Positions 1 through 10,145 of a DNA stretch of 32,000 nt are shown here, piece by piece (position 1 is the stretch's first letter; each line of letters starts with the position of its first letter). The notes under the pieces were generated by a model. It did no database searches. It saw only the letters and a list, made by a program, of their open reading frames with translations, and was not told the DNA's origin. The position numbers were made by a program, and so were the translations under genes. Origin of the DNA: Wolbachia endosymbiont strain TRS of Brugia malayi (GTDB lineage Bacteria > Pseudomonadota > Alphaproteobacteria > Rickettsiales > Anaplasmataceae); NCBI RefSeq assembly GCF_000008385.1, contig NC_006833.1:1020001-1052000 (forward strand), in the 5' to 3' direction.

Positions 1-87
1 TTCATAATTCCTATATTATCATATATTTATTATCTTACTAGAGTAAATAAGGTATGAAAGTGAGTGTCAATGGATACAAAAAAAACT

Positions 88-852
88 CTATTTTCTCTTT
101 TTATAGAGCTTGCTCCAAATCCTTTTGTTGGTTAGTACAACAAACACCGTTAAGATTATAAAATACGCCACTATTTTAAATCCAAGCTTATGTCGGCGCT
201 CTAGTTCTGGCTCTGCTGCCCACTGTAAAAAATTTACTACATCGTACGCCATATTTTCAACTGTAGCTTGTCTTGCACCATCATATTCTACCATTCCTTC
301 AGATAGCGGTGGTGCCATAGCTAATTTACCTGTTGGGAAATATGGATTAAAATATAAACCATTCTCATCTTGCTCATCGTTTCGATAGCCCGTTAAAAGC
401 GAATAGACATAATTTGCACTATCGTGCCTCGCTTTAATAATGAGTGACAAGTCCGGTGGAATTGCACCATTATTACTTGCTGCAGCTACTTCTTTCGTAT
501 CAAAAGGTGCAATAAAATAATCTGAAGGTATTCCAGGTCTATCGAACATTTCACCCAGATCATTTGGACCATCTTTAACTTGGTAAGAAGCTGCAATCTG
601 CTTTACATCATCTTCAGAAAAACCAACATCTTGCAAATCACGAAACGCTATTCTATTCATTGAATGACAAGCAGCACAGACTTCCTTATATACTTTATAA
701 CCACGCTGGATTGACTCCCTATCAAAGAATCCAGTAGCTCCATCAAAGCTCCAGTCCATTTTTTTATTTGGCGAAGGTACAAATTCTTCTGCACACACAG
801 AGTTAGTAAGAAGTAATGCACAAGACACAGCTAATATATTCTTAACCAGCAT
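88..852 (-). CDS. petC: cytochrome c1 subunit of the ubiquinol-cytochrome c reductase (bc1) complex
   Basis: 254-aa ORF with an N-terminal hydrophobic signal-like segment, a CAACHS (CxxCH) haem-c site and a C-terminal membrane anchor. Its start shares one base with the cytochrome b stop (TAATG). Confidence 0.9.
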   Translation of the reverse strand: MLVKNILAVSCALLLTNSVCAEEFVPSPNKKMDWSFDGATGFFDRESIQRGYKVYKEVCAACHSMNRIAFRDLQDVGFSEDDVKQIAASYQVKDGPNDLGEMFDRPGIPSDYFIAPFDTKEVAAASNNGAIPPDLSLIIKARHDSANYVYSLLTGYRNDEQDENGLYFNPYFPTGKLAMAPPLSEGMVEYDGARQATVENMAYDVVNFLQWAAEPELERRHKLGFKIVAYFIILTVFVVLTNKRIWSKLYKKRK

Positions 853-2084
853 TATTTCATCTCAGGTACAGAATCACTTATGGTTTTTGGTAATTCCTCT
901 GGCTTCTCATACTTACTAAGCAGTGGTAAAACTACCATAAAGTATGCAAAGTAATAAAGAGTAGAAAGCCTACTTAGAGTGATGTAAGGTTCTTTGACTT
1001 CCTGTCCCCCAAGCCAAGCAAGAAATGCAAAATTTACTGCAAAAACCAAAAAAAACTTTTTGAATAATGGGCGATAAGCACCACTTTTAACTTTTGCTTT
1101 ATCAAGCCAAGGCAATAGAAACCACACTAAAATAGACCCAAACATAGTAAGCACACCGGTAAGTTTATCTGGAATTGAGCGCAGCATTGCATAAAAAGGT
1201 AAAAAGTACCATTCTGGTACTATATGAACAGGAGTGACCATAGAATCAGCCTCTATATAATTAGAGGGATGACCAAGATAATTGGGAGCATAGAAAACAA
1301 ACGCAAATAAAACTATAAAAAACAGACCAAAAGTTATGCAATCCTTTACTATATAATAAGGGTAGAGTGGAATGGTATCCTTACCTGATTTCACTTCTAC
1401 TCCACTTGGGTTACCAGAACCAAATCTATGTAGAGCAATAATATGCAGCATAGCTAAAGCAATAATAACAAAGGGTAAAAGATAATGCAGAGCAAAAAAA
1501 CGATTAAGTGTTGGGTTATCAACGGAAAAACCACCCCATAACCACATAACTATTTTATTGCCAACTAAGGGTACTGCTGAAAATAAGTTGGTTATAACTG
1601 TTGCACCCCAAAAACTCATTTGTCCCCAGGGAAGAACATATCCCATAAATGCTGTTGCCATCATTGCAAAAAATATAAATATACCTATAAACCATACCAT
1701 TTCTCGTGGCCTTTTATAAGACCCATAATATAACCCGCGCATCATATGAACATAGACTACCATAAAGAAGAGCGACGCTCCAACAGCATGAGTGTAGCGT
1801 ATCAGCCATCCATAATTTACGTCACGCATTATGCGCTCTACGCTGTTAAATGCATGATCAACATGTGGAGTGTAGTGCATAGCAAGAAATATACCCGTTA
1901 TTATTTGTAAAATTAGCGCTATACCAGCCAAAGAACCAAAGTTCCAAGCATAATTTAAGTTTTTTGGCACTTGGTAAGAAGCAGTATGTTTTAGAAAAGA
2001 AAATATAGGTAATCTATACTCTATCCAGCCCAATATGCCCTTTTCTTCTTCTATCGTTGTTTTTTTATCATCTTGCATAATCAA
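852..2084 (-). CDS. petB: cytochrome b (bc1 complex)
   Basis: 410-aa polytopic membrane ORF with typical cytochrome b blocks ([48 protein letters not shown]). It lies directly upstream of cytochrome c1 and appears translationally coupled to it. Confidence 0.95.
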   Translation of the reverse strand: MIMQDDKKTTIEEEKGILGWIEYRLPIFSFLKHTASYQVPKNLNYAWNFGSLAGIALILQIITGIFLAMHYTPHVDHAFNSVERIMRDVNYGWLIRYTHAVGASLFFMVVYVHMMRGLYYGSYKRPREMVWFIGIFIFFAMMATAFMGYVLPWGQMSFWGATVITNLFSAVPLVGNKIVMWLWGGFSVDNPTLNRFFALHYLLPFVIIALAMLHIIALHRFGSGNPSGVEVKSGKDTIPLYPYYIVKDCITFGLFFIVLFAFVFYAPNYLGHPSNYIEADSMVTPVHIVPEWYFLPFYAMLRSIPDKLTGVLTMFGSILVWFLLPWLDKAKVKSGAYRPLFKKFFLVFAVNFAFLAWLGGQEVKEPYITLSRLSTLYYFAYFMVVLPLLSKYEKPEELPKTISDSVPEMK

Positions 2085-2222
2085 AGCTTTCTTTACCTTT
2101 TACTCGTTTATTGTAGCAGTTTATTCTCTATAAACAATAAAAACTTTAAATCAAGAAATCAGATCTTTTAGCATCAAAAGTTGTAACATAGAGAACTAGT
2201 TGCACAGCTACCAGTCCACCAA

Positions 2223-2290
2223 AGTAACTTATAGAAATGCAAAAACTATTTAACAAACTTCGCCAGCCCCATTATAATGATAAATATTAT
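2223..2290 (+). repeat. 5' (promoter-like) module of the dispersed repeat family, present here without the repeat body
   Basis: AGTAACTTATAGAAATGCAAAAACTATTTAACAAACTTCGCCAGCCCC aligns with the 5' ends of the copies at 28455 (+), 13079 (-) and 17165 (+). Confidence 0.5.
2250..2278 (+). promoter_or_regulatory. sigma70-like promoter, TTAACA-17 nt-TATAAT, pointing toward the ORF at 2469
   Basis: -35 TTAACA at 2250-2255, 17-nt spacer, perfect TATAAT at 2273-2278, with an upstream A-tract. It sits in the petB-divergent intergenic region. Confidence 0.4.
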
Positions 2291-2468
2291 AATAATACAA
2301 AAAATAATATTATAGAATTCAATAAGGTATTCCCTAGGGGTTTATTGTATTCTAAAAAAGGCAAATCTTGTTAACATTGTTTCAATGTAAAAGATAGGCT
2401 AAATTTTTATAAGGAAGATATTTTAAATAGTAAAATATCTTTGATTGAGAAAGCACTAAACTTATGAG

Positions 2469-3160
2469 GTGAACTGGCTCGCTATTTCGACTCAATTAAC
2501 AAACTTAATGGAAAGGAAAAAACATCACGAAAATGTAAAAAAAATAAGAAAAGCTATTGTTAAAAGATTCAAAGATTGGAAGGGCATCCTGATAACCATT
2601 ACTGCAGCTGACACAGAGGAATTAAAGACTTCTAATATACCAGAAAACGTTGAGAAAGTTAAAGATAGTTTTAATGTAGAGGAACATGAAAAGACTGCAA
2701 ATATGACAACAGATGCAGAAACTGATACTCAATTATATAAAAATATCAATATAAATATTAAAGATTTTAAAATTCCTCAATCCATATGTGGAAGTAGAGA
2801 AGAGGCATATAATGCTTCAGTAGATATCTCCGTGCAAGAGCCAAATACCTATAATGACACCTCTTTCGCTGAACCATGTAGTGAATCTACAAAGGAAATT
2901 CTGCAAAAGAAAAATCATCAAAAAGAGCACATTAATCAATTGTGGCTGGTGTTGTTGGTGCAGTTTCATTGGTAAGTAGTGTTACATCTCATGTGCTAGA
3001 AATGCCTATAATAGAAGCGATCGTGGAAATTATTAGATCAGCTTGTACAGGTTTTACGTTGTACAACCTTTTAAAGCCCAATACAAAACTCGAAAAAGTT
3101 GAAAATGTGGAACAGCCAATAGTTTCCTTTGAACCCAAGGTTATACTTAGAAATACATAA
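2469..3160 (+). pseudogene. lineage-specific hypothetical protein, apparently split by a frameshift (168-aa and 72-aa ORFs overlap at 2942-2975)
   Basis: The second frame opens only at 2936 and the first closes at 2975. The 3' part encodes a hydrophobic segment (VAGVVGAVSLVSSVTSHVL). An in-frame ATG at 2508 is an alternative start. I recognise no family. Confidence 0.35.
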
Positions 3161-3249
3161 GCATCAAGAAAGCAAAAAGAGATAACTTCTTTAGAAAAAT
3201 CCACAAATTATCAATTAATACTATCTACATCAACCATGCTACTACTTTT

Positions 3250-4240
3250 CCTAATCAGAGCTTATGGCTTTCACAGCACGTATTTTTGAACTTGTCAAAA
3301 ACTGCACAGATACAATTCATAGGTCGTCTAGAAACTAGTAAAATTGGACACATTTCCTCTTCAAATATAATCTTATTCATAGTAAGATATATGAAATTTT
3401 CAGTAGATGTTGTAAGCAAATCGTACTCTTTTGATAGCCTTCTATTCCTAGAGACTTAGGCAAAGGTCCCCTCTACAAACCACCTTCTTGGCTGTATTTT
3501 AAATCCCTGTTCTCTTGCTGGTAGCAATGCAGGTGGTATGTCTTTATATATCCAAAACCCACATGGAGGCCTTTTCACAATTTCAATGTCTATCCCATAT
3601 TTTTCCTTTATATATATCTTTAAATTTTTGCTTTGATATCCCATATCAGCCTACATTTCCTTAACTCCAGTATACTTCTCTCTGTCTTGTTTAATACTAC
3701 CTTTACTCCATCCCTGTCATTCTCACTGGCAGCTCCCACACAACAACTCAGTATGAAACCCTGAGTATCTATAATCATATACCTTTTTCTACCTTTTACT
3801 TTTTTACCCCCATCATAACCTTTGCTCCCTCTTTTTCTGTAGTTCCAACAGACTGGCTGTCTACTATGGAAGCGCTCAGCTGCTCATTTCTTCCTATTTT
3901 TCGCTACATTTGGTAATTTCATAACTCATTTTTTCAAAGGTACCCTGCTTTTTTCATTGCATGAATTGCTCATATACAGTTTTCCAGAATGGAAAGTCAT
4001 TCGGCAGATAACGCTATTGGCACCCTGTACGTAGTACATAGAAAATTGCTTATAATATTTCTTTCTTACTATACTTTGGCGATCTTCCTCCTTTCTTGTA
4101 CGATACCCTAAAGTATTTTTCTATTCTAGCCCACTCCCCTTCACTTAAGTCTGTTGGATATTTCTCCTTATCTCTTACCTCATTTTATATCTCTTAACGC
4201 TATACCCTTATTTTAGTCTCCGGACAATCTCTTATAGCTA
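3250..4240 (-). mobile_element. degraded IS5-family insertion sequence (transposase pseudogene with several stops and frameshifts)
   Basis: Reverse-strand translation gives IS5-type blocks: [89 protein letters not shown]. These are interrupted by stops. The 62-aa ORF at 3456-3644 is one fragment. Element ends are approximate. Confidence 0.8.
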
Positions 4241-4244
4241 ACTA

Positions 4245-5100
4245 AGATAAAGTTTCCCCGATGCTGAAAGACAAAATTGATGATCGAATTGATATCAAGC
4301 CAAAAGTTTGGTAGAGTTTTTCTTACGGCATGCTTGATAGCAAACCAAAACTTCTCAACTGGATTTAAGTCAGGTGAGCATGGCAGCAAAACAAAATTTT
4401 ATATCCAACGGTTTCTATTAATTTTCTCGTCCTTATCAGACTTATGAAAGCTCACATTATCGAGAATAATAGTTTGCCCAGGTTTTAATATCAGAATAAG
4501 CACATTTTAACATAAGCTTCAAAAAATTCGCTGTTATAATACCCTTCAATTATCCTGGTGCTTCAACTTTTCCTTCATCGAGTGCTCCAATTATGCACAC
4601 CCTTTTTTTGTACCCTGTTTTTTCCGCAAACAATCTTTCCCCTATTGCAGCCCACCCATACATATAAAACTCATTATCCTCTATACCTGATTCATCAGTG
4701 AATACTAAATTTTCTTCGTTTATTTCTACTATTTTTTTTATGAATTCCTTTCGTTTTTCTTCATCCCTTTCCTGATAGAGAAAAGTTTTTCTTATATATA
4801 GTTTACTTTTTTAAGGTAAGTTATACACCATACTTTTGCATATATTACTAAATTTTCCAATTATCTTTTCAATTGCAGTTTCCCGATTTTTACTCAGGAA
4901 CTTGACAAATTTGTCTATGTCTTTAATCTTATGGTCATATCCCTTTTGGTAGCCTGAAGATGATTTTATACTTCTTGTTTCTTCTCTTCTTTTCCTCCAC
5001 TAATATATAGTCTTTTCATCAATTTTGAACATCCCGCTTACTGAATTCATAGTCATTTTTTTCTTGTCAACCACTTTTAAAACTCGTTCTCTGAGCCTTC
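4245..5100 (-). mobile_element. degraded IS630-family (Tc1/mariner-like) transposase remnant, copy 1
   Basis: Reverse-strand fragments include FTDESGIEDNEFYMYGWAAIGERLFAEKTGYKKRVCIIGAL, GQTIILDNVSFHKS and LLPCSPDLNPVEKFWFAIKHAVRK. They lie in different frames with stops. Confidence 0.8.
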
Positions 5101-5116
5101 ATACCAATTTTCACTG

Positions 5117-5700
5117 TTAATAGGTCAAATAAGTGACATTGCAGAGTTGCTTTATTGCGGAGCGAGAAGGGTAGGTAATAAATTTACATAAAGCGCTCTC
5201 AAGCAAAGCAATTGTATTATATACTTTATTACGCAAAATGTTCTGTTTTATATATAACCAAAGTTTTCCAATAGGATGAAGCTCAGGTAAGTACGATGAC
5301 AGGTATATAATCTTGACATTTTTAGGTATCTTTAAATTTTTTGAATTATACCAATTAGCACAATCTATGACAAGAAAGGCTTCTTGTGTTCTTAAATATT
5401 GCAATATTTGTTCAAGAAATATATTCATACAACCAGTGTTGATATTCAGTGCAAATAAGCTAGAACTTTCTTCACTCCTAGGATTAACTGTACTGTAGAG
5501 ATAAAAATTTTGTCTACCTAACTTTACTTTAACCTGTATTCTAACGCCCTTTTTTAAACCACCAGTGACAACCTTCGAATGTGTGCCCCGCGATTCATCA
5601 AAGAAAAATTAGCTCTTATTCATGATATTTGCCAATAGTCTCATTAAAATTTTTAACTATTCCTACCTACCTTTATCTTGTCCATTATGAATTGGTCTTA
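5117..5700 (-). mobile_element. IS630-family transposase remnant, copy 2 (C-terminal half open, N-terminal HTH half degraded or missing)
   Basis: An open frame reads FFFDESRGTHSKVVTGG...FLVIDCANWYNSKNLKIPKNVKIIYLSSYLPELHPIGKLW, the DDE-type IS630 layout. It is clearly diverged from copy 1. The 103-aa ORF at 5117-5428 is its tail. Confidence 0.75.
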
Positions 5701-6191
5701 GCGTAATATACGAAAACCTCATTTTCATCTCTTCTATATTTCAGAAAGTGACCTTTATTTTTTAAAGTTTCTTCAACCTGCTCAGGCTCGAATTGATTTC
5801 CTTCAGTTATAGTAGAATAGTGTGTGGTATAGAGCTATACAGTTTCATGAAAAGACAAAAATATCTATTTAAGAGTGGCAAATGCAACACTTTTTCTTTT
5901 ACTGCTTTAATCCTTATAAGGCAGCTAGCAATCTTGAAGGTACCGTACAATTTGGTATAAACTTTATTGGCATAGTATTTATATTATATTACTTTTATAT
6001 TATGCTGACAAAATGCAGACAATGCAACATTTTTAAAATTTTGTTAATGTGCTGCAAGAATTCTTCTTTGCTTATGTTTACCCATCTGTCGATACAAAGC
6101 ATAGTTCAGTTCTTATAGAAAACAAAAGATAGACATGAGGCCATAAAACTGAAATAATTTGTTAATCAAATTTCTCAAAACTACTTAGTAT

Positions 6192-7070
6192 ATGTTAATC
6201 AGAATAGGTACCAGAGGAAGCAGTCTTGCAATTGCTCAAGCTTTGGAAGCAAAACAAAAGCTGTTGGACCTTTTTTCTAGTTTATCTGTTGAGATCATTA
6301 AAATAAAAACTTCTGGTGACAAATATGCAAATGCGAACCTCGCTGAAATAGGAGGTAAGGGATTGTTTATTAAAGAAATTGAGACTGAATTGATTAAGAG
6401 TAATATAGATATGGCAGTTCATTCGCTAAAGGATGTTCCTGCATTTTTTTCAAAAGACTTAACAATTCCTTGTATTCTAGAGAGGTTAAGTCCATACGAT
6501 ACATTTATTTCTAATAAGTATAAGAGCCTTAAGTCTTTGCCACAGCAGGCCATAATTGCAACTTCCTCAATAAGAAGAAAAGTCCAGTTGCTAAATTTTA
6601 GACCAGATTTAAATATAGTACCACTGCGTGGAAATGTGACAACTAGACTGCAGAATCAAAGCTTTGATGGAATAATTCTAGCTGAAGCAGGATTAATAAG
6701 ATTAAAAAAAGATTACTTGATCACAGAGGTACTGTCACCGAAAACTATGTTAAGTGCAGTGGGACAGGGAGCAATTTGCATTCAATGTAGAAAAAATGAT
6801 ATAAAAATTATCGATCTTTTAGAGAAAATTAATAATAATAAGTCTTTTATAAGGGTGAAATCAGAACGCAGCTTTATGAAGACAGTAAATGGTTCATGCT
6901 TTACACCACTTGCGGCTCTGGCAAAATATGTGAGTGAAAACGTGCTACATCTTTATTGTATGTTAGCAGACAAGAAAAATATATATTTTACTGAGCGCAC
7001 TTCGTTTGTAGAAGATGCAGAAAAAATGGGTATGGATGCAGGATTAGAATTGAAATCAAAATGCCTATAA
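6192..7070 (+). CDS. hemC: hydroxymethylbilane synthase (porphobilinogen deaminase)
   Basis: 292-aa ORF with N-terminal IRIGTRGSSLAIAQA, a HSLKDVP block and a cofactor-cysteine region NGSCFTPLAA. Confidence 0.92.
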   Translation: MLIRIGTRGSSLAIAQALEAKQKLLDLFSSLSVEIIKIKTSGDKYANANLAEIGGKGLFIKEIETELIKSNIDMAVHSLKDVPAFFSKDLTIPCILERLSPYDTFISNKYKSLKSLPQQAIIATSSIRRKVQLLNFRPDLNIVPLRGNVTTRLQNQSFDGIILAEAGLIRLKKDYLITEVLSPKTMLSAVGQGAICIQCRKNDIKIIDLLEKINNNKSFIRVKSERSFMKTVNGSCFTPLAALAKYVSENVLHLYCMLADKKNIYFTERTSFVEDAEKMGMDAGLELKSKCL

Positions 7071-7948
7071 GCTTGCCTAAGGTACGCGGAATCTATCGTT
7101 ATAGTGTTTTAATGTCTAAAATAACATGGTTGAATGTTGGTGGACAAGCTGATATATTGTTTAAACCACGTGATATTGAAGATTTAATATATTTAATCAA
7201 AAATACTAAATTGCCAATTAGCGTTATCGGTGCAACATCCAACATGATAGTGCGTGATAGTGGAATTCGAGGAATAACAGTAAAATTAGGTAAGGAGTTC
7301 GCATATATTAAATATAAAAGTAACAACTCTATCATTGCAGGTGGGGCTGCGCTACTTAGCAATCTCGCTTACTTTGCAGGAGAGCAACAAGTTAGTGGAC
7401 TCGAGTTTCTAGTTGGAATTCCAGGAACGATTGGTGGCGGAATAGAAATGAATGCAGGTGCATATGGTAGTGACGTTGCAAGCGTTGTTCAATCCATAAA
7501 GGCGGTGAATCTAAGTGATGGGAATCTATATGAATTTTCCAGCAAAGAAATGGGTTATGTTTATCGTGGACATAGCTTGAAAGGGCAATGGATTTTTATT
7601 GAAGCTGAGTTTAAAGGGGTAAGTTCAGGACATGAGGTTATATTGCATAGGTTAAAAGAAATTATCAATAAAAAAAACAAAAGCCAGCCAGTGAGAGGAA
7701 AAACTGCTGGGTGTATATTCAAAAATCCAAGAGCCTACCAGGCGTGGAAACTGATTGATGGATCTGGCTGTCGAGGATTAAATAACGGTGGAGCTAAAAT
7801 TTCTAAGAAACACTGTAATTTTTTACTTAATTACAATAATGCAACTGCGTCTGACTTGGAAAACCTTGGCAACAAGGTAAGAAACACAGTGAAGGACAAG
7901 TTTAACATTGAACTTGAGTGGGAAATAAGGGTCTTGGGCAGCCATTAG
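7061..7948 (+). CDS. murB: UDP-N-acetylenolpyruvoylglucosamine reductase
   Basis: 295-aa ORF with FAD-binding-type N-terminal blocks (TWLNVGGQADILFKP, GATSNMIVRD) and a C-terminal AGCIFKNP block. It overlaps the hemC 3' end by 10 nt. Confidence 0.92.
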   Translation: MPISLPKVRGIYRYSVLMSKITWLNVGGQADILFKPRDIEDLIYLIKNTKLPISVIGATSNMIVRDSGIRGITVKLGKEFAYIKYKSNNSIIAGGAALLSNLAYFAGEQQVSGLEFLVGIPGTIGGGIEMNAGAYGSDVASVVQSIKAVNLSDGNLYEFSSKEMGYVYRGHSLKGQWIFIEAEFKGVSSGHEVILHRLKEIINKKNKSQPVRGKTAGCIFKNPRAYQAWKLIDGSGCRGLNNGGAKISKKHCNFLLNYNNATASDLENLGNKVRNTVKDKFNIELEWEIRVLGSH

Positions 7949-7973
7949 GCAGTTTTTATAGCTGCTGTATTTA

Positions 7974-8400
7974 CTAGCTGCTCAATACTTCTACTTCAAT
8001 TTTTAAAGTGTTCTTTATAAATTTGTTAGCCCGGTCTTTGCTCACAAAAACTGCACATTTATTGGGCATTAACATTTTTATAGTAGCCCTATCTTTTTTA
8101 TCATGCATATGTTTAAGAAGCACATCACTTCCTTTTTCATCTTGACGCGATCTGCAAATATAGCTATGTTTTTTGAGATCTAGAAGCTTAACAAATTCAT
8201 TATAATCATCTTTATAGCGAAAAACTATATCAACACCCACGGCTTCTTTTTCATTGTATTTAATATTGATCTTTGATTTATAACCATAATTTGCTCCAAT
8301 AATCTTTCTTATTGAGCGTTCTACTGTTATTGTTTTTACTTCTCGAAGATCACTGTTTTGAAATAGGCATTGGTAACTTATAACTTACAAGAAACAATTT
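7974..8400 (-). pseudogene. unknown-function gene remnant; the open frame extends well upstream of the annotated 88-aa ORF but lacks a usable start
   Basis: A continuous reverse frame reads VISYQCLFQNSDLREVKTITVERSIRKIIGANYGYKSKINIKYNEKEAVGVDIVFRYKDDYNEF...EVEVLSS. Upstream of it are only short, stop-interrupted ATG frames. Confidence 0.4.
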
Positions 8401-8578
8401 TGGCCTGTATCGTTCATTATGTTTTCTTATTTTAACAAAATACCTTTCATATTTAGTCAATCAATCTTCTCCTTTTTTCTCTATCTTGTCTAGGAATTTC
8501 CCCATTGGCCCTTGATTAGTATGAAGTTAGTTTAATATGGCCGGTAGACAATTTCTGCATTTTCTGAAAATAAACCTT

Positions 8579-9290
8579 CTAATTTTTCACTGCATTGTAC
8601 AAATTTGCTAATGCCGGTTTATAATGTTCGCTATTGTTGCCTATATAAGTTATTTTACCTTTTTCTACCTTCAAAACAGGACACAAAACTGGTTTACCAC
8701 CTGCAAGAGTTGAATGACGATGAGCCAATTCACCTTTATTAACATTAATATGCTTATGAGCTACTAACCTTCCATCAAGTGTTATCACATAAGCTACACA
8801 ATCTTTTTCTTCTTCTTCTTTACTAATTTCACCAGTTGTATCATATAACTTGCCCTTAAAGCCTTTTAACTTATTACTTTCATTTCTGGCATTAAGTCTA
8901 CATATAATCTTCCTTTATGAGCAATTTTAGTATGCTCTGCCTGCTCTTCTGAAGTGAAACATTTGACTCTTAAACTACTTCCAAAAATTTCTTTTTCTTC
9001 AGTTTCTATTTCTAAAAGATAGGCATAACGAGGAAAAAGATGTTTAAACGTGCGTTCTACCCAATGTAAAATCTTATTTGCAACACCAAAATTTTTTTGT
9101 TACCTAGATCAATATAAAGTTGTTGTTCTTTTGGTACCACTGAGTGATCAAACCTTGTGCCATCTTTGCCAAATTCTTCAGCAGCATATTTAAATTTTTC
9201 TAGCAAATATTTTTTCCGTTCTTCTGATACTGGTTTAAGTTTTCCTAGTAGATATCTCTAAAATCTTTCGAATATTAACATTCTTACCTT
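8579..9290 (-). pseudogene. unknown-function gene broken by at least 3 frameshifts or stops (reconstructed length about 235 aa)
   Basis: Reverse-strand pieces lie in three frames: RYLLGKLKPVSEERKKYLLEKFKYAAEEFGKDGTRFDHSVVPKEQQLYIDLGNKK / NFGVANKILHWVERTFKHLFPRYAYLLEIETEEKEIFGSSLRVKCFTSEEQAEHTKIAHKGRLYVDL / LKGFKGKLYDTTGEISKEEEEKDCVAYVITLDGRLVAHKH...NNSEHYKPALANLYNAVKN. One shift is at an A/T homopolymer near 9093-9100. Confidence 0.5.
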
Positions 9291-9526
9291 ACACTAACTA
9301 TTATTTCATTTTATATCACTCTAGCTAAAAAGTCAACCTTTTTCTTAAAATATTAAGAAAAATAAAAGCAATATTAAAATGATATATATAAATATTAAAA
9401 AATGTGAATCTTGCTTGCACTAATCAAATACGAGTCACCTTTTATTATAAAGTTAGTAAAGATTCTAGTTTACTTAAAGTACGTTAATTGCTATTTTTTA
9501 AAACGCAATGTTTACTATAGCACCAT

Positions 9527-10141
9527 ATGCTTAGGTTTTTTTTTACACTAGTGTTTTTGGGTTCCAGCTTTTTCATCATGCAAGATGCTGAAGCTAAACT
9601 TAAAGTGAAGCTTAGTAAAAGGTACATACCTCCTGGTAATCCTGGCGGTACAAACTTTTATGAAGATGAGGATTTCGCTGAGTCATATAAACTGTATGAA
9701 AAGCGTAGGGAACTCCTAAAGAAAAAAAAGTTGCAAGATCAAACTAATATTAACATAAACAAAGAAAAACTGGCTAAAAAACTAAAAGAAAAAAAAATTG
9801 CTAATCTTGATAGTGAGCTAAGTGATACAGAAGCTTGTGTAATCAATGATGAAGAGGATGCTATGGTAAATCAACATGGCATCAATATTGCGCGCTTAAA
9901 GGGTGCTATATTTATAGATCAAGGACCAATTTCTCAACGTGAAGATGAGCAACATGAAAGTGAACGACAAGAAGGAAAAAAAGCTACTTTAACACGGGAG
10001 AAAAAAGTTTCTCCTATAAATGTTACTATAAAAGACACTCGATCAAAAAGAACCTGTTCACATGATTCCATTGTCGACTTAAATAACGTCAGTTCGAACG
10101 GCTCGGATTCATTTGGAAGTGCAGCTGATGCAGTAAATTAA
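9527..10141 (+). CDS. hypothetical secreted protein (charged, low complexity)
   Basis: 204-aa ORF with a predicted signal peptide [26 protein letters not shown]. It ends 4 nt before ispG. I recognise no family. Confidence 0.55.
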   Translation: MLRFFFTLVFLGSSFFIMQDAEAKLKVKLSKRYIPPGNPGGTNFYEDEDFAESYKLYEKRRELLKKKKLQDQTNININKEKLAKKLKEKKIANLDSELSDTEACVINDEEDAMVNQHGINIARLKGAIFIDQGPISQREDEQHESERQEGKKATLTREKKVSPINVTIKDTRSKRTCSHDSIVDLNNVSSNGSDSFGSAADAVN

Positions 10142-10145
10142 TAAC

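Noticed and set aside
110-388. 92-aa ORF on the + strand
   Set aside because: It lies entirely antisense within the well-supported cytochrome c1 gene. Its Ser/Cys-rich composition is typical of a shadow frame.
2416-2440. Perfect 10-bp palindrome AGATATTTTA-AATAG-TAAAATATCT between the 2250 promoter and the 2469 ORF (possible operator)
   Set aside because: It is nearly pure A/T in an AT-rich spacer with no second copy in the window. Chance cannot be excluded, so I did not call it as a feature.
2989-3204. 71-aa ORF on the - strand
   Set aside because: It is antisense to the 3' part of the 2469-3160 gene and has no start context or family resemblance.
5313-6118. ORFs 5313-5498 (+) and 5882-6118 (+)
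   Set aside because: The first is antisense to the IS630 remnant. The second is a Phe/Cys/Ile-rich low-complexity frame in AT-rich spacer with no recognisable motif.
7099-7362. 87-aa ORF on the - strand
   Set aside because: It is an antisense shadow inside murB.
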